Position numbers and translations under genes: made by a program. The notes under the pieces were generated by a model. It was not told the origin of the DNA, ran no database searches, and was given only the letters and a program-made list of their open reading frames with translations. Below, one piece after another: positions 25,225 to 37,910 of a DNA stretch of 64,000 bases (the stretch's first letter is position 1; each line of letters opens with the position of its first letter). Source of the stretch: Octopus bimaculoides (taxonomy: Eukaryota); assembly GCF_001194135.2 (NCBI RefSeq), contig NC_068983.1:156299991-156363990 (forward strand). Reading direction: 5' to 3'.

Positions 25225-26850
25225 GGATTCAACTGCTGCTCCTGGTGGTTTTCTAGCAATCCTCCTCAAATCGTGCTCTGGCGAAACCACTGCGGATTTT
25301 CTTCCAGAGTTTTCTTGTGAATGGCAAGCTGCCAAGCAAGCTGAAGGAGGGAATAATATGCCCAATCCATAAAGGAGGAAGCAGAGCAGATGCCAAAAAT
25401 TATAGGCCTATCTCTCTGACTTCACACATCAGCAAAGTCACGGAACGGATAGTCAGAGGGAAACTAATCGCATTCCTTGAAAAAAACGACTTGCTGAGTG
25501 ATACCCAGCATGGCTTTCGACCACGTAGGAGCTGTGTGGCCCAGCTCTTACAGTACTATGACTGTGTATTCAGGCAGTTACTCGACATCTCAAATGTGGA
25601 CGTAATATACCTTGATTTTGCAAAAGCTTTTGATAAAGTGGATCATGGTATGTTATGCCACAAACTGCGTGATCTCGGCATAGCTGGAAAACTTAGAGAG
25701 TGGGCACATGGACTTTCTGAAAGACAGATGTCAGGCAGTAATAGCTAATAGAGACACCTCAAAGAAAACACAAATTGTGAGTGAGTGGTGTTCCACAGAG
25801 ATTTTCAAAGTGGCTCTCTCAGATATGCGCGCAGGTACCCGCATAGCCACCCTTGCTAGCTACACAAACGATACGAAAGTCTCGCAGAAAATACAGAACC
25901 TCAGCGCTGTTACACATCTGCAGCAAGAGTTGGACTCAATTTACAGATGGGCTGAGGACAATAATATGCAGTTTCATGCTGAAAAGTTCCAAGTCCTGCG
26001 CAACCAGCGTCCAAACCTGAATATAAAACTTACAGGATACAGTGGCCCACAGGGGATTACAATCCCAGAAGCTAAATAAGTGCGGGACCTGGATATCGAC
26101 ATGAATGATGATACCTCTTTCCAAATGCACATTACCAGGATAGGGACAAAGTGCAGACAACTGGCTGGCTGGGTCCTGAGAACGTTCAGAACCAGAGAGA
26201 AGGAACCCATGATGGTCCTCAGAAGGACATTCGTCCTTAGCCCCTTCACCGCCTGGATTATTGCTCCCAGCTATGGGCACCCCACAGTGAAAAACTTAAC
26301 CACGGACCTTGAAGCAATCCAGCGAAGCTTCACAAAGAAGATCGTTTCATTGCAACAGCTCAGCTACTGGGATAGGTTAAAACAGCTAAGACTCTACTCC
26401 TTGGAGCGAAGGTGGGAGAGATATCCAGTAATATACATCTGGAAGATCCTGGAAGGGTTTGTGTCAAATTTTGGCATTGAAAGCTACACGAATGCCAGAC
26501 CGAATCGGCACTGTACAGTGCCAAAGATCTCAGCGATGCCATCGCGATTCAGAACCAGTTACTGCAACAGGCTGGGATTCGAAGTCCCACAACATTTTAA
26601 ATGTTCTCTCAAAGAGCCTGAGAGACCTATACAAAGTTGATGTAGGTGTTTTCAAATGAAAACTGGATCTCCTCCTACCGAAAGTCCCAGATGAGTCTAC
26701 ATCACGGAAGGAGGTGCAAATGAGGGTAGCGACATCAAACTCCCTTATTCACCAAATGCCACATATGAAAGGAGGCACCCAATAATAACTGGGTAGCAAA
26801 ATGGCGTTGCCCCAGCATGTCCACAGCTTTAAGCTGAAACTGGTTAAAAA
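25225..26850 (+). mobile_element. 5'-truncated CR1-group non-LTR retrotransposon (RT pseudogene plus 3' UTR)
   Basis: PIHKGGSR...KNYRPISLTS, QHGFRPRRSC, YLDFAKAFDKVDH, YTNDTK (decayed YADD; PQG region deleted), RDLDIDM, LEAIQRSFTKKI...SYWDRLKQLRLYSLERR; stops and frameshifts; ends in an A-rich tail. Confidence 0.92.
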
Positions 26851-28410
26851 AATAAATATATATATATATATACTATTTATATATTTACATATATATGTAT
26901 GTGCGTGTGTGTGCGCGCGCGTTGGCACGCGTGTGGTGGGGTATAGGCAGCAATAATAAGAGAAGCTGATTTGTTTAAGTGATGCATTAAAGTATTGTGT
27001 TTTAAATAAGTCGTTTATTTCATGTGCTGCAATACTTTCGCCACATACCCTTAGAAAGCAGGTTGTGGCGAAAATCGTATTTTATAAATTTGCAAACAAG
27101 TTTTGTAAAAAAAAATATTCGAAATTCCGAAACCGTGCCGATCCTTCATTCTTAAGTGAAAGTACGTCAGCTAAAGCAGAAAATATTGAAAATATCGGTA
27201 TAGAAAGAAGGTGATATTGTTGTTTCCAATTATGTAATTAAAATGTTTGATGATAGAGTTTGAATTGTGATAAAATGTACTTTGAGATTTCTTTAAAAGA
27301 ATATATATACAAGAGCATTCTAGTGCTTAAATTGTATAGATATACTCCACTGGATAGATAAATCAATCAAATGTTTCTTCTTGTTCTCCACTATGTATTC
27401 TTTCAAAGAAAATGCAGTTCCATGATGAGAATATTACAAATCGAATTAATATTCTACTTGAAGCATGCACAACCTATTATGAAATCTACAAGCACTTGAA
27501 AAAGAAAATCTCAATTTCTCTGCCCACTATTACAATTTAGGAATATCTAGCTGTACCCTCAAACTAACAAAAATTCTTAGAATAAACCTCTCTGAAAATT
27601 ATAATTGCGCCAGACCAATTTTGATTCCCTTAGATAATATTTTCGCATGCATTGGGAGGAATATCCTGACATAATACATCACGGTTTATTAAACGCAAGT
27701 TAGAAAACATGTATCTGGCTTCCTTAGTAGACCGACTACTGTACAAAGAAATGACACCAGCATTGATGGTTTTTTCAACAACGATACAATATCTATTTTG
27801 CTCACAACAGAGCATATATTCGAAGAACTTATATATAAGAAACTATTTCTTATAATCGACGTTTTGAAATAATTTAACCTAAAACGCCATGTAGTATGCA
27901 AAAATACCCATTCATGTTATCACATTAGCATCGTTGTTTTAGTTACGACATTATCCGCTTCGAAGCATCAGAGAACGTGTGTTTCATATAAGTGTATTAA
28001 GTTACTTTGATTAAAGTAGAGTCAGAGTGACGAAGTGATTGGTGGTAGGTTTAGAGAGATAGAACTGACAGGGAAGCTAATAAGGATAGAGAGATGGAAG
28101 AGACGATATCAAGAATAGTTTAAGGAAGATGCTGGAATTTAATTGGACAGAGCATAAGAATTCTCTGTCATTTTAAAACACACATTTTACGTGTGGTTGT
28201 TTTCTTTGTTGTATGTCCAGGTATTGTTTTTACATGTATAAGTATAGGAGATACCAAAATAGAAACTTTCAGTAGAATAAACTTACACCTATGCAGATTT
28301 CCGATCTGATAATATTTGTCCACGTGTTGCAAAAGACGCAATATTGAACACAGAAGACCTACCGCAAAAATTATTTAAAAAAGAAAACAATGAAAATAAC
28401 TCACCTATAG

Positions 28411-28514
28411 GCGTGGCACCTTGGGCAAGTGTCGTCTATTATTGCCTCGGGCCAACCAAAGCATTGTCAGTGGATTTGGTAGATGGAAACTGAAAGAAGC
28501 CCGTCGTATATATG

Positions 28515-28552
<38 letters not shown>

Positions 28553-28790
28553 CGTGTGTATGTGTGTGTGTGTGTGTGTGTGTCTGTCTGTGTGTCTGTG
28601 TCTGTGTTTGTCCCCCAGCATCGCTTGACAACTGATGCTGGTGTAACGTAGCGGTTCAGCAAAAGAAACCGATAGAATAAGTACTAGGCTTACAAAGAAT
28701 AAGTCCTGGGGTCGATGGTCGACTAAAGGCGGTGTACCAGCATGGCCACAGTCAAAAGACTGAAACAAGTAATAGAGTAAAAAAGTAAAA
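28411..28790 (+). mobile_element. SINE family B, 5'-truncated
   Basis: CCTTGGGCAAGTGTC...GGAAACTGAAAGAAGCCCGTCG, internal (TA)/(TG)n, GATAGAATAAGTAC...CTGGGGTCGAT...GGCGGTGTACCAGCATGGCCACAGTC...CTGAAACAAGTAA tail. Confidence 0.9.
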
Positions 28791-29058
28791 CAGTACGTCC
28801 TACCACCCATAACTTTTCGATCCCATCGATGTAGCAACATAGTTTGCAGCAGAACTAGTCTTAGTTGCGTGGGCCAACTAAAACTGAATTAAGTTGTTTG
28901 TTGTCACAATGATAGGTTTATCATAGGCTGTGTGTGCATATCTAATATTACGACAAATGTTTCTGATACAAAAAAGCAGGGTAAAGACGCTTTAACAATT
29001 CCAACTAATGAAATTTTTCGAACTCATCCGATGAGCTCTAACATGTTGTCTCTTTTCC

Positions 29059-29126
<68 letters not shown>

Positions 29127-31067
29127 CCCCCTCTCTCACCCTCTCTCTCTCTCAACACGCTCCCTCTCTTTCACTTTGTCTCTGCTTCGCTATTCCTGTC
29201 TGGGGACATACTTTTTTGAGATTAGTCTTTTTTTACTGATTCTGTGAGTTGGTAATGTTTATTTAGAAGACTCTAAGTCGGAGATAATTATTGTTTACTA
29301 GTCTTTGCAGTACCATTAATCTATGTTAAACTAGACTCCATCTCTTTCTTCCTCATTTCTTTTTTTTTTCTCCCCTCTCCCTTTCACTTTTTCTCTAATT
29401 ACTAGCAAGGAATGGATCTACTTTCTGTTTGCAGCAATGACTGCAATATTCTGCTTTGCTCCGTTATCTTTTCTTAATTTTAACGAATTAACTGTTATAT
29501 AATACTATGATGATTTTTTAATATATTCTTCGTTTGTCATACCAACACACACATTGCTCTTATCTCTTAAACATATTACGATGCTGTTTTTCAGATCCAT
29601 CCTAAAAAGCTTGTTTGCGATTCTTATCCACTATAATTCTGTTGTGTTTATACATGTGAGTGTAAATAAATTTCATCGTCAGAAGACAAAAGTTACATAA
29701 CGTATTACAATAATAACATTAAAATTGGGTATGATGTTATAATATATTTGTTAAAAGACATAAAACACATTTTTGAATACTAGCACGAGTTTGATTTGAA
29801 ACATTTCCGGATCTTTTTTAAAACGGGGGCCACATTTTTCATTAATGTTTTACGTAGTGTTTTTGGTACCGAAAGACTTTCAAACTTCGTATACTTATCT
29901 ATTTTGTGTTATAGAACAGAAAAATATTTATGTATTCAAATTTATTTCATGTAAAAAATTGTCTTATTTCGATAATTTCAACCAATCACTGACAAGTATT
30001 CAGTTGTTTACATTTACTCTTTTGGCTGATTAAGCCATAGCTTCGTTTTATTTGCATTTTTCATTTTAAATTTGCTTTTTCCATTTTCTTTTTTTTTTCT
30101 TCGTTTTATTTGCTTTTTTCTTTTTAAATTTACTGCTTTACCCTAACCCTAACCCTATCACCGATAGNNNNNNNNNNNNNNNNNNNNNNNNNNNNNNNNN
30201 NNNNNNNNNNNNNNNNNNNNNNNNNNNNNNNNNNNNNNNNNNNNNNNNNNNNNNNNNNNNNNNNNNNNNNNNNNNNNNNNNNNNNNNNNNNNNNNNNNNN
30301 NNNNNNNNNNNNNNNNNNNNNNNNNNNNNNNNNNNNNNNNNNNNNNNNNNNNNNNNNNNNNNNNNNNNNNNNNNNNNNNNNNNNNNNNNNNNNNNNNNNN
30401 NNNNNNNNNNNNNNNNNNNNNNNNNNNNNNNNNNNNNNNNNNNNNNNNNNNNNNNNNNNNNNNNNNNNNNNNNNNNNNNNNNNNNNNNNNNNNNNNNNNN
30501 NNNNNNNNNNNNNNNNNNNNNNNNNNNNNNNNNNNNNNNNNNNNNNNNNNNNNNNNNNNNNNNNNNNNNNNNNNNNNNNNNNNNNNNNNNNNNNNNNNNN
30601 NNNNNNNNNNNNNNNNNNNNNNNNNNNNNNNNNNNNNNNNNNNNNNNNNNNNNNNNNNNNNNNNNNNNNNNNNNNNNNNNNNNNNNNNNNNNNNNNNNNN
30701 NNNNNNNNNNNNNNNNNNNNNNNNNNNNNNNNNNNNNNNNNNNNNNNNNNNNNNNNNNNNNNNNNNNNNNNNNNNNNNNNNNNNNNNNNNNNNNNNNNNN
30801 NNNNNNNNNNNNNNNNNNNNNNNNNNNNNNNNNNNNNNNNNNNNNNNNNNNNNNNNNNNNNNNNNNNNNNNNNNNNNNNNNNNNNNNNNNNNNNNNNNNN
30901 NNNNNNNNNNNNNNNNNNNNNNNNNNNNNNNNNNNNNNNNNNNNNNNNNNNNNNNNNNNNNNNNNNNNTGTGTGTGTGTGTGTTGAAGACAGCTACGATT
31001 TCGACCTCCCGTGACATATCACTCTCTACAACGTAATTGATTCGAAGAGAGAAAGACAGGCAGACAG

Positions 31068-31104
<37 letters not shown>

Positions 31105-31482
31105 AGGGAAAAGGACAAGTTACAAAGAAAGATCATTCGGTTGTACAGACGTACTTTATTTTGTTAATCCCTGAACGGTGAAAGGCAAAAAGAGTTCACG
31201 TCAGAGCCCCGTGACCGAGAATAATTCAATGCCTAATATACACACATTCACAATGTGTGTGTGTGTGTGTGTGTGTGCCTATGTATACTTTTTTGTTCAT
31301 TGGGAGCGTTATACTGACAATGATATTCGAACACTGGCTAAATTTCATTTTTGTCTTAATTTTACATTAATTAATTAATTAGTCTATGAATCAGTAATAT
31401 ATACAAGTCGACAAAAATGACTTCATCTCACGCCGTTATATTGTCGATTGTGCGTATAGCCTATGTTCGTATATAGCATCGT

Positions 31483-31660
31483 AAGGAGGTCAGCTGGCAG
31501 GTTCATTAGCACGCCGGTAAAATGTTTAGCGGCATTTTGCTTGTCTTTACGTTCTGAGTTCAAATTCGGCCAAGATCGTATTTTTTTGCCTTTCATCTAT
31601 TAATCGACTTACACTTTCCTCGAAATTGTTAGCCGTGAGCCAAGATATGAAGCCAATTTA
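31483..31660 (+). mobile_element. SINE family A, internally deleted
   Basis: AAGGAGGTCAGCTGGCAG...TTAGCACGCCGG...TTCTGAGTTCAAATTCGGCC...GCCTTTCATC, then skips to AATCGACTTA. Confidence 0.8.
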
Positions 31661-32513
31661 TAGAATTTCAGTAAACTATTTTAGCTTCTCGAAAGGCATT
31701 GGTATTCACCATGGATAACATGTCTCTATCGTTGTAGAAGTGTGAAATCAAAATTCTAATGCGAGAGTGTTTTCTTTGCTCTTGGCCATGACGGTTAGTG
31801 TGTGTCTATGTCTGTATGTATGCATTTTGCTTCTTTTATTGTTTATATCTTTATTTTGTTCTTAATTCCATTTGCAATTTTTTATTTTATGATATGTAGA
31901 TATACACACACATACGCAGAAACATATGCATGCAGACTGACAGACAGACATACATACACACATCGCTTACAGTTATATATTGTAATATTTAACTATATTT
32001 CAACGCGGTCAAATTTGCCTGCCAACATTTCGGAGTCCATAAAATAATACCAGCTGAACACTGCGGTGGATATAATCGTCTTAACTCCTCCTCGAAAACT
32101 GCTACCCTTGTGTTAAAATAGAAATACAAATATTTAAATACATTCAAGTTCTTATGGCTCACTCTGTGTTCTGCAAAAAATATTTACTGTTTATTTAATG
32201 ACAAGCTTTTAAAAGGCCAAGTAAACGAATTAGGCTAACGACTAACATATAGCAACTAAAAATTCCATGCAATTAATTCAAGAAGGATTCTGTGTAGGTC
32301 TTTTATGAGGAGTGTTCAACAAACCATGAAACGCTCTATCGGGAGATTCTGCGCGTTTTCCTACTCTTCAGAAGCATAAAAGAAATATGTTTACATATTT
32401 CTGAATTCACCCACGGTTAGGTTTTACAAAAGACACAAACACACACACACACACAAACACACACGTAAATTCACACTTATACATATATAAATACATACAT
32501 ACATAAACACATC

Positions 32514-32584
<71 letters not shown>

Positions 32585-32586
<2 letters not shown>

Positions 32587-32790
32587 CAAAAAAACAATAA
32601 CAAAAAAACAAAAAAACAACAAAGTGAGGACGTGATATGGATAGTATTATTGGACGCTCAGGAAAGGAAAGAGAGAGTGTATGACGTTTCGGGCGTAGCC
32701 CTTCGTCGGAAAGATGGAAAGTTCGGAGAATGGAAGAACGGAGAAAGAGGAAAATGGTACCGATACCCACGAGGTTACATGATGGTTATA
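32585..32790 (-). mobile_element. PLE-type terminal fragment with a minimal hammerhead-like core
   Basis: Minus 32709-32683: CCGACGA-A-GGGC-TAC-GCCC-GAAA-CGTC. Perfect 4-bp helix II and palindromic ACGT; helix I not formed. Second degenerate copy at 44025-44135. Confidence 0.6.
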
Positions 32791-33011
32791 TATATNNNNN
32801 NNNNNNNNNNNNNNNNNNNNNNNNNNNNNNNNNNNNNNNNNNNNNNNNNNNNNNNNNNNNNNNNNNNNNNNNNNNNNNNNNNNNNNNNNNNNNNNNNNNN
32901 NNNNNNNNNNNNNNNNNNNNNNNNNNNNNNNNNNNNNNNNNNNNNNNNNNNNNNNNNNNNNNNNNNNNNNNNNACACTTATATACAATAAAGGAATAAAT
33001 ATTCGAAAATA

Positions 33012-34438
33012 TTGGGTCGTCCGGAAAGTTCGTGCCGATTTATAGTAGCTTACCTTTCGACTTATTTTAGAACATGGTTGAGTCCATAAAATAGGATTTG
33101 ACTATATCTCCATTTAGAGCACAGTTTAAGTTATCTTTTCATGGAAGAAGGATCATGTTCTTATAACCTGTATTAATTCTCTAACCCTTTAAAATGAAAG
33201 ATAAGAAAGTTCATTTTCGGCGCTTGATGCTTTTCTTTTTCCGTAAAGGGAAAAAATGCCTCACAAGCAACCAAAGAAATATGCGCAGTTTACGGTGATG
33301 TCTCCTTAACCTTTTGGATCGCATTTTCATCTATGATTCACTTTATAAACGGAATGAAAACGCGCCCTTTTTAAAGCAAATTCTGACAATTGATGAGAAA
33401 TGGATTATCTACCGAAATGTTCAGAGAAAGCGATCCTGGAGTAAGCAACATCAGCCACCCTTAGCCACCCCAAAAGCGGGTCTTCATCCTAAAAATGTCT
33501 AGCTTTGTGTCTGATGGGACTGGAAAGGAATTCTGTACTATGAGCTTCTCCCAAGTAACCAGACAATTAATTCTGAGAAATATTGCACGCAAGTGGATGT
33601 GTTAAAAGCAGCAATTCAAGTGCAAAGTCCAGAATTGGCCAACAGGAAGGGTATTGTTTTCCAATATGATAATGCAAGACCGTGGAGTGCAATGGCCCAG
33701 TGGTTAGGGCAGCGGATTCGCGGTCATAGGATCACGGTTTCGATTCCCCGACCGGGTGTTGTGAGTGTTTATTGAGCGAAAACACCTAAAGCTCCACGTG
33801 GCTCCGGCAGGGGTTGGTGGCGAACCCTGCTGTACTCTTTCACCACAAATTTCTCTCACTCTTACTTCCTGTTTCTGTTGTGCCTGTAATTCAAAGGGCC
33901 AGCCTTGTCCCACTTTCTGTCACGCTGAATATCCCCGAGAACTACGTTAAGGGTACACGTGTCTGTAGAGTACTCAGCCACTTGCACATTACTTTCACAA
34001 GCAGGCTGTTTCGTTAATCGGATCAACTGGAACCCTCGTCGTCGTAAGCGACGGAGAGCCAACAACAACAACAATGCAAGACCGCACGTTTTTTTGGGAA
34101 CCAGACAGAAATTGCTGCAGCTCGGCTGGGATGTATTATCCCACCCTCCCTATTCACCAGATATTGCTCCTTCGGATTTCCACTTATTCAGCTCTCTACA
34201 GAATAGTCTTAATGGTAAAAAATTCAACTCCTTGGATGACGTAAAAAGATATCTTGATGAATTTTTGCTAGGAAATCACCTCAATTCTGGGAAGAAGGTA
34301 TTTTCAAGTTAAAGGAAAGTTGGAGACGCATTGTGCAACAAAATGGTTCATATTTGGTTGATTAAAAATGCAATGGCAAGTATTTATTGACCTTTTTCTT
34401 TCCTTTAAAAATCGGCAAGAACTTTCCGGACAACCCAA
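33012..34438 (+). mobile_element. Mariner transposon (mellifera-like), internally deleted and interrupted by a SINE
   Basis: 30-bp TIRs TTGGGTCGTCCGGAAAGTTCGTGCCGATTT and TTGGGTTGTCCGGAAAGTTCTTGCCGATTT (rc), 28/30; TA flanks. Transposase 33194-34365: MKDKKVHFRRLML..., LTIDEKW, WDWKGILYYELLP, YDNARP|HV, HPPYSPDIAPSDFHLF (D34D); about 80 codons missing near 33310. Confidence 0.95.
33683..34072 (+). mobile_element. Full-length 390-bp tRNA-derived SINE (family D) with (CAA)n tail and 12-bp TSD
   Basis: A box TGGCCCAGTGG, B box GGTTTCGATTCC, tail CCAACAACAACAAC; identical AATGCAAGACCG at 33671-82 and 34073-84. Confidence 0.95.
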
Positions 34439-34586
34439 TATTTATATAGATATTATTATTAATTATTATCATTAGTAAAATGAATAATAACAACAATAAT
34501 ATAATAGGCCAGCAAGCAAAAAGCCGATAAATGGCAACTCCAAAATTTTATAATTCACTTATAATTATGATAGGACACACGAGAGG

Positions 34587-34873
34587 CCAGCATTGCCGTG
34601 AAAATCAGAGTCGAAAAACCCTTTGCAAAACAAAAACACCAATCACTGGAAATGTAACCAGCACAACAGAAATCGGGTTACGAAAAAAGACATTAACTTA
34701 CCATTTCGGAAGAAAGCAGTAGAATGAGTAAATAGATATCCATGGATCAGTTGATTTCGAATTTTGAGCGCTTATCTTCCTTAATTCTCAACAGCGGATC
34801 TCACTATATAACTAGAGTTAAAGGCTGCTTTTTTAACAGGATTTTTCGACTCTAATTTTCACAGCAATGCTGG
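34587..34873. mobile_element. MITE-like element, 36-bp imperfect inverted repeats
   Basis: CCAGCATTGCCGTGAAAATCAGAGTCGAAAAACCCT (34587-34622) vs rc of 34838-34873 CCAGCATTGCTGTGAAAATTAGAGTCGAAAAATCCT, 33/36; no clear TSD. Confidence 0.6.
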
Positions 34874-34917
34874 AACCGCCTTATTACAATTATAGAATAA
34901 CTATAAAACTTTATAAT

Positions 34918-35350
34918 GGTGTGGCTGTGTGGTAAGAAGCTTGCTTCCCGACAACATGGTTCCGGGTTAAGTCCCACTGCATGGCACCTTCAGCAAGTGT
35001 CTTCTATTATAGCCGCGGGCCGACCAAAGCCTTGAGAGTGGATTTCGTAGAGGGAAACCGAAAGAAGCCGGTCGTATATATATATATATATATGTGTTTT
35101 TTGTGTGTGTGTGTGTGTGTGTGTGCGCGTGTGTGTGTCTGTGATTGTCCCTCCACCTTCGCGTGACAACCGGTGTTGGTGCGTTTACATCCCCGTAACA
35201 TAGCGGTTCTGCAAAAGGGACCGATAGAATAAGTACTAGACTTACAAAGAATAATTCCTGGGGTCGCTTTGTTCGAGTAAAGGTAGTGCTACAGCATTGC
35301 TGCATTCAAATGACTGACACAATTAAAATAATAAAAGAAAAGTAAAAGAA
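34918..35350 (+). mobile_element. SINE family B, near full length
   Basis: Head GTGGCTGTGTGGTAAG...GGTTCCGGGTTAAGTCCC, body, internal microsatellite, tail AGGTAGTGCTACAGCATTGCTGCATTCAAATGACTGACAC and A-rich end. Confidence 0.9.
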
Positions 35351-37434
35351 TATATATACACTCATATATGTTTTCATATTTATAACTATATGTATTTATT
35401 CAAGTTTGACACTTAGTTCGAAGTTTCAGAACGCACACACACATTCCCACGATCACAAACACAATTATACATGCAACACAGGTGCAATCACAAACATAAT
35501 GAAATTTCCCAAAATTATTTTAACTCAGTGTATTTAAAGAAGACCAATAAATTTGCAGAGCTCCTATGATCGCCAACATATTTTCTGCATCTGTATCTCT
35601 TAGTTTTTAGAAAGACACTTTCCTACTCGTAATCTAAATGGTTAATATATTCAGGGGATACAAGACATGGGACCTTCATTTTGCTGCTCGCAATCCTATT
35701 TCAAATGTGTTCAGTGAGAGGTAATTACCACCACCAATAACAATTATAAAACGCAAAATCAGATTTGATAGTAAACTTAAACAAACGCACATTTTGTGCC
35801 CAATCACAGTTGAACATGACATTTGACTTAACTGTATTTATAAATGGTCCAAAATTGTGACATAATGCTTTACCACAAGGGAGAGAAGTTTGTTTCAGAC
35901 ACCACCATTTACCGACACAGACCAACCATTTTAAATTGTGTTTGCTTTAGATTTTTGGTTAATGTATATTTTATCACGCACGATACAAATTATGTTGGGA
36001 AATAAATGAATATCAGGTCCCTTACTGTCATATTGATAGAGAGTAAATAAACACTTCAGGTTTTGTCTGTCTCATGTTCACGTGTCAAAATTTGGTAAAA
36101 TTTTATAATTTTATCATTATTTCCTCCGCTTCAATTCGGTCAGTGAGTTTTTTGTTCAGTTTTCTTCCGTCAGATATATATAACGAATATTACTATTTGT
36201 ATTTTGCTTATGCATATTTATATTTTCCTTAAGTTAAATTTGCTTTTACTATTTATCTAAAAGTTCGAAAGCTATTAGCTGTAGTGATTTCTAATCCTGA
36301 TTAATTTTATAAGATAATACTTTCTTTTCTGTTACATACCTTCTTTTCTCTTTTTGCAAAAGAAAGAAATCATTTTAATATCACAGTTATGCTTGCTTTT
36401 ATATGTGGCAGCAACAATATATAATCAATACTGAAATCTAGCGTTTCATAGATCTAACGTTAACTTCTTATAATAAACCGAAAAGATATCGCATCGTTTT
36501 ATCATGACACTTACATTTATATGGCCTTTTTACTTTTCGATTTCTACAAAAGAATTGTGCAATACGAGTGAATGAGGTCAGCTAATATAATGGGGGCCAT
36601 GCATTGGACGCAGCTTTACCAGAAGACGTAACTAAAGGACAGTACTTAATATCAAGAGGTTAATCTAGATTGAGACAAAACTAGAAATCTATGAGGATTA
36701 AGTGGAGTCAAGCGAAACTGCGAAAAGATGAAATATAATGGCAGTAGACTTTTCGGCAGCTGGTTTTGAGATGTAATATTGAAAAACGCCAAGTTCAATA
36801 ATGCTTTAAAATTAGTGTCATTGATCTTTACTTTATAGAAAAACTAACCTACAGCATTCCAGCATCATCATAATCGCTATAATCATTTGTGGACTACTTT
36901 TTATATATATGAGATAATTATCATTCCGACTTGTCTGAAATACTGAGTAGGCAAGTCATTGATTTATGTCAGATACAACAGAAACAGCGAAGAAGTACGG
37001 TTTTCTATATATGACAGATGATGTTGAAATAAGAAATGTGTCTTATGTTGATGACCAGAGGTTGAAATCAGTAGACAATTATTAGATGACATTAGTTTAC
37101 CGTTCTACACGCCATTTTTATAACTATTTGTCTAGGATACGTTAAAAGAGTTCGCGTAGCTATAAATTCGACCAGATTTTCGCTGTTTTTAGAAATCTTT
37201 AGAGATAAAAGTTACATTAGAAGTATAATTTGGTGAGAGTTTGCAGCATTTGGTAGTTTTATCCTCATATCTCCAAATTGTATCACAATCAGCATATTTC
37301 CTAAAAAGGTACTGGGACCGATTCGTTCGACTAAAATCCTACAAGGCGATACCCCAGTACAGCTGCAGTCTAATAACTAAAACAAATAAAAGAAGCAACT
37401 TGTACAAATACAAAGGAAAGTCAAACATATGATG

Positions 37435-37504
<70 letters not shown>

Positions 37505-37506
<2 letters not shown>

Positions 37507-37611
37507 GCTTTCTAATTGATGTATCAATACCAGCAGATGACAACGTTTCTCTAAAAGAAATGGAAAAACTTTCAAAATACAAAGACCTGGAAATAGAGAT
37601 AACTCGAATGT
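37505..37611 (+). pseudogene. R4/Dong-like LINE, RLE endonuclease fragment
   Basis: CFLIDVSIPADDNVSLKEMEKLSKYKDLEIEITRM (D..IP.D.N...KE.EK..KY.DL pattern), preceded by (TAA)n and cut by a gap. Confidence 0.8.
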
Positions 37612-37844
37612 NNNNNNNNNNNNNNNNNNNNNNNNNNNNNNNNNNNNNNNNNNNNNNNNNNNNNNNNNNNNNNNNNNNNNNNNNNNNNNNNNNNNNNNNN
37701 NNNNNNNNNNNNNNNNNNNNNNNNNNNNNNNNNNNNNNNNNNNNNNNNNNNNNNNNNNNNNNNNNNNNNNNNNNNNNNNNNNNNNNNNNNNNNNNNNNNN
37801 NNNNNNNNNNNNNNNNNNNNNNNNNNAAAATAAAACTACTGAAC

Positions 37845-37908
<64 letters not shown>

Positions 37909-37910
<2 letters not shown>

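Noticed and set aside
33683-33760. tRNA gene
   Set aside because: A/B boxes are present, but no clean cloverleaf or T-run terminator; it continues into a SINE body with tail and TSD.
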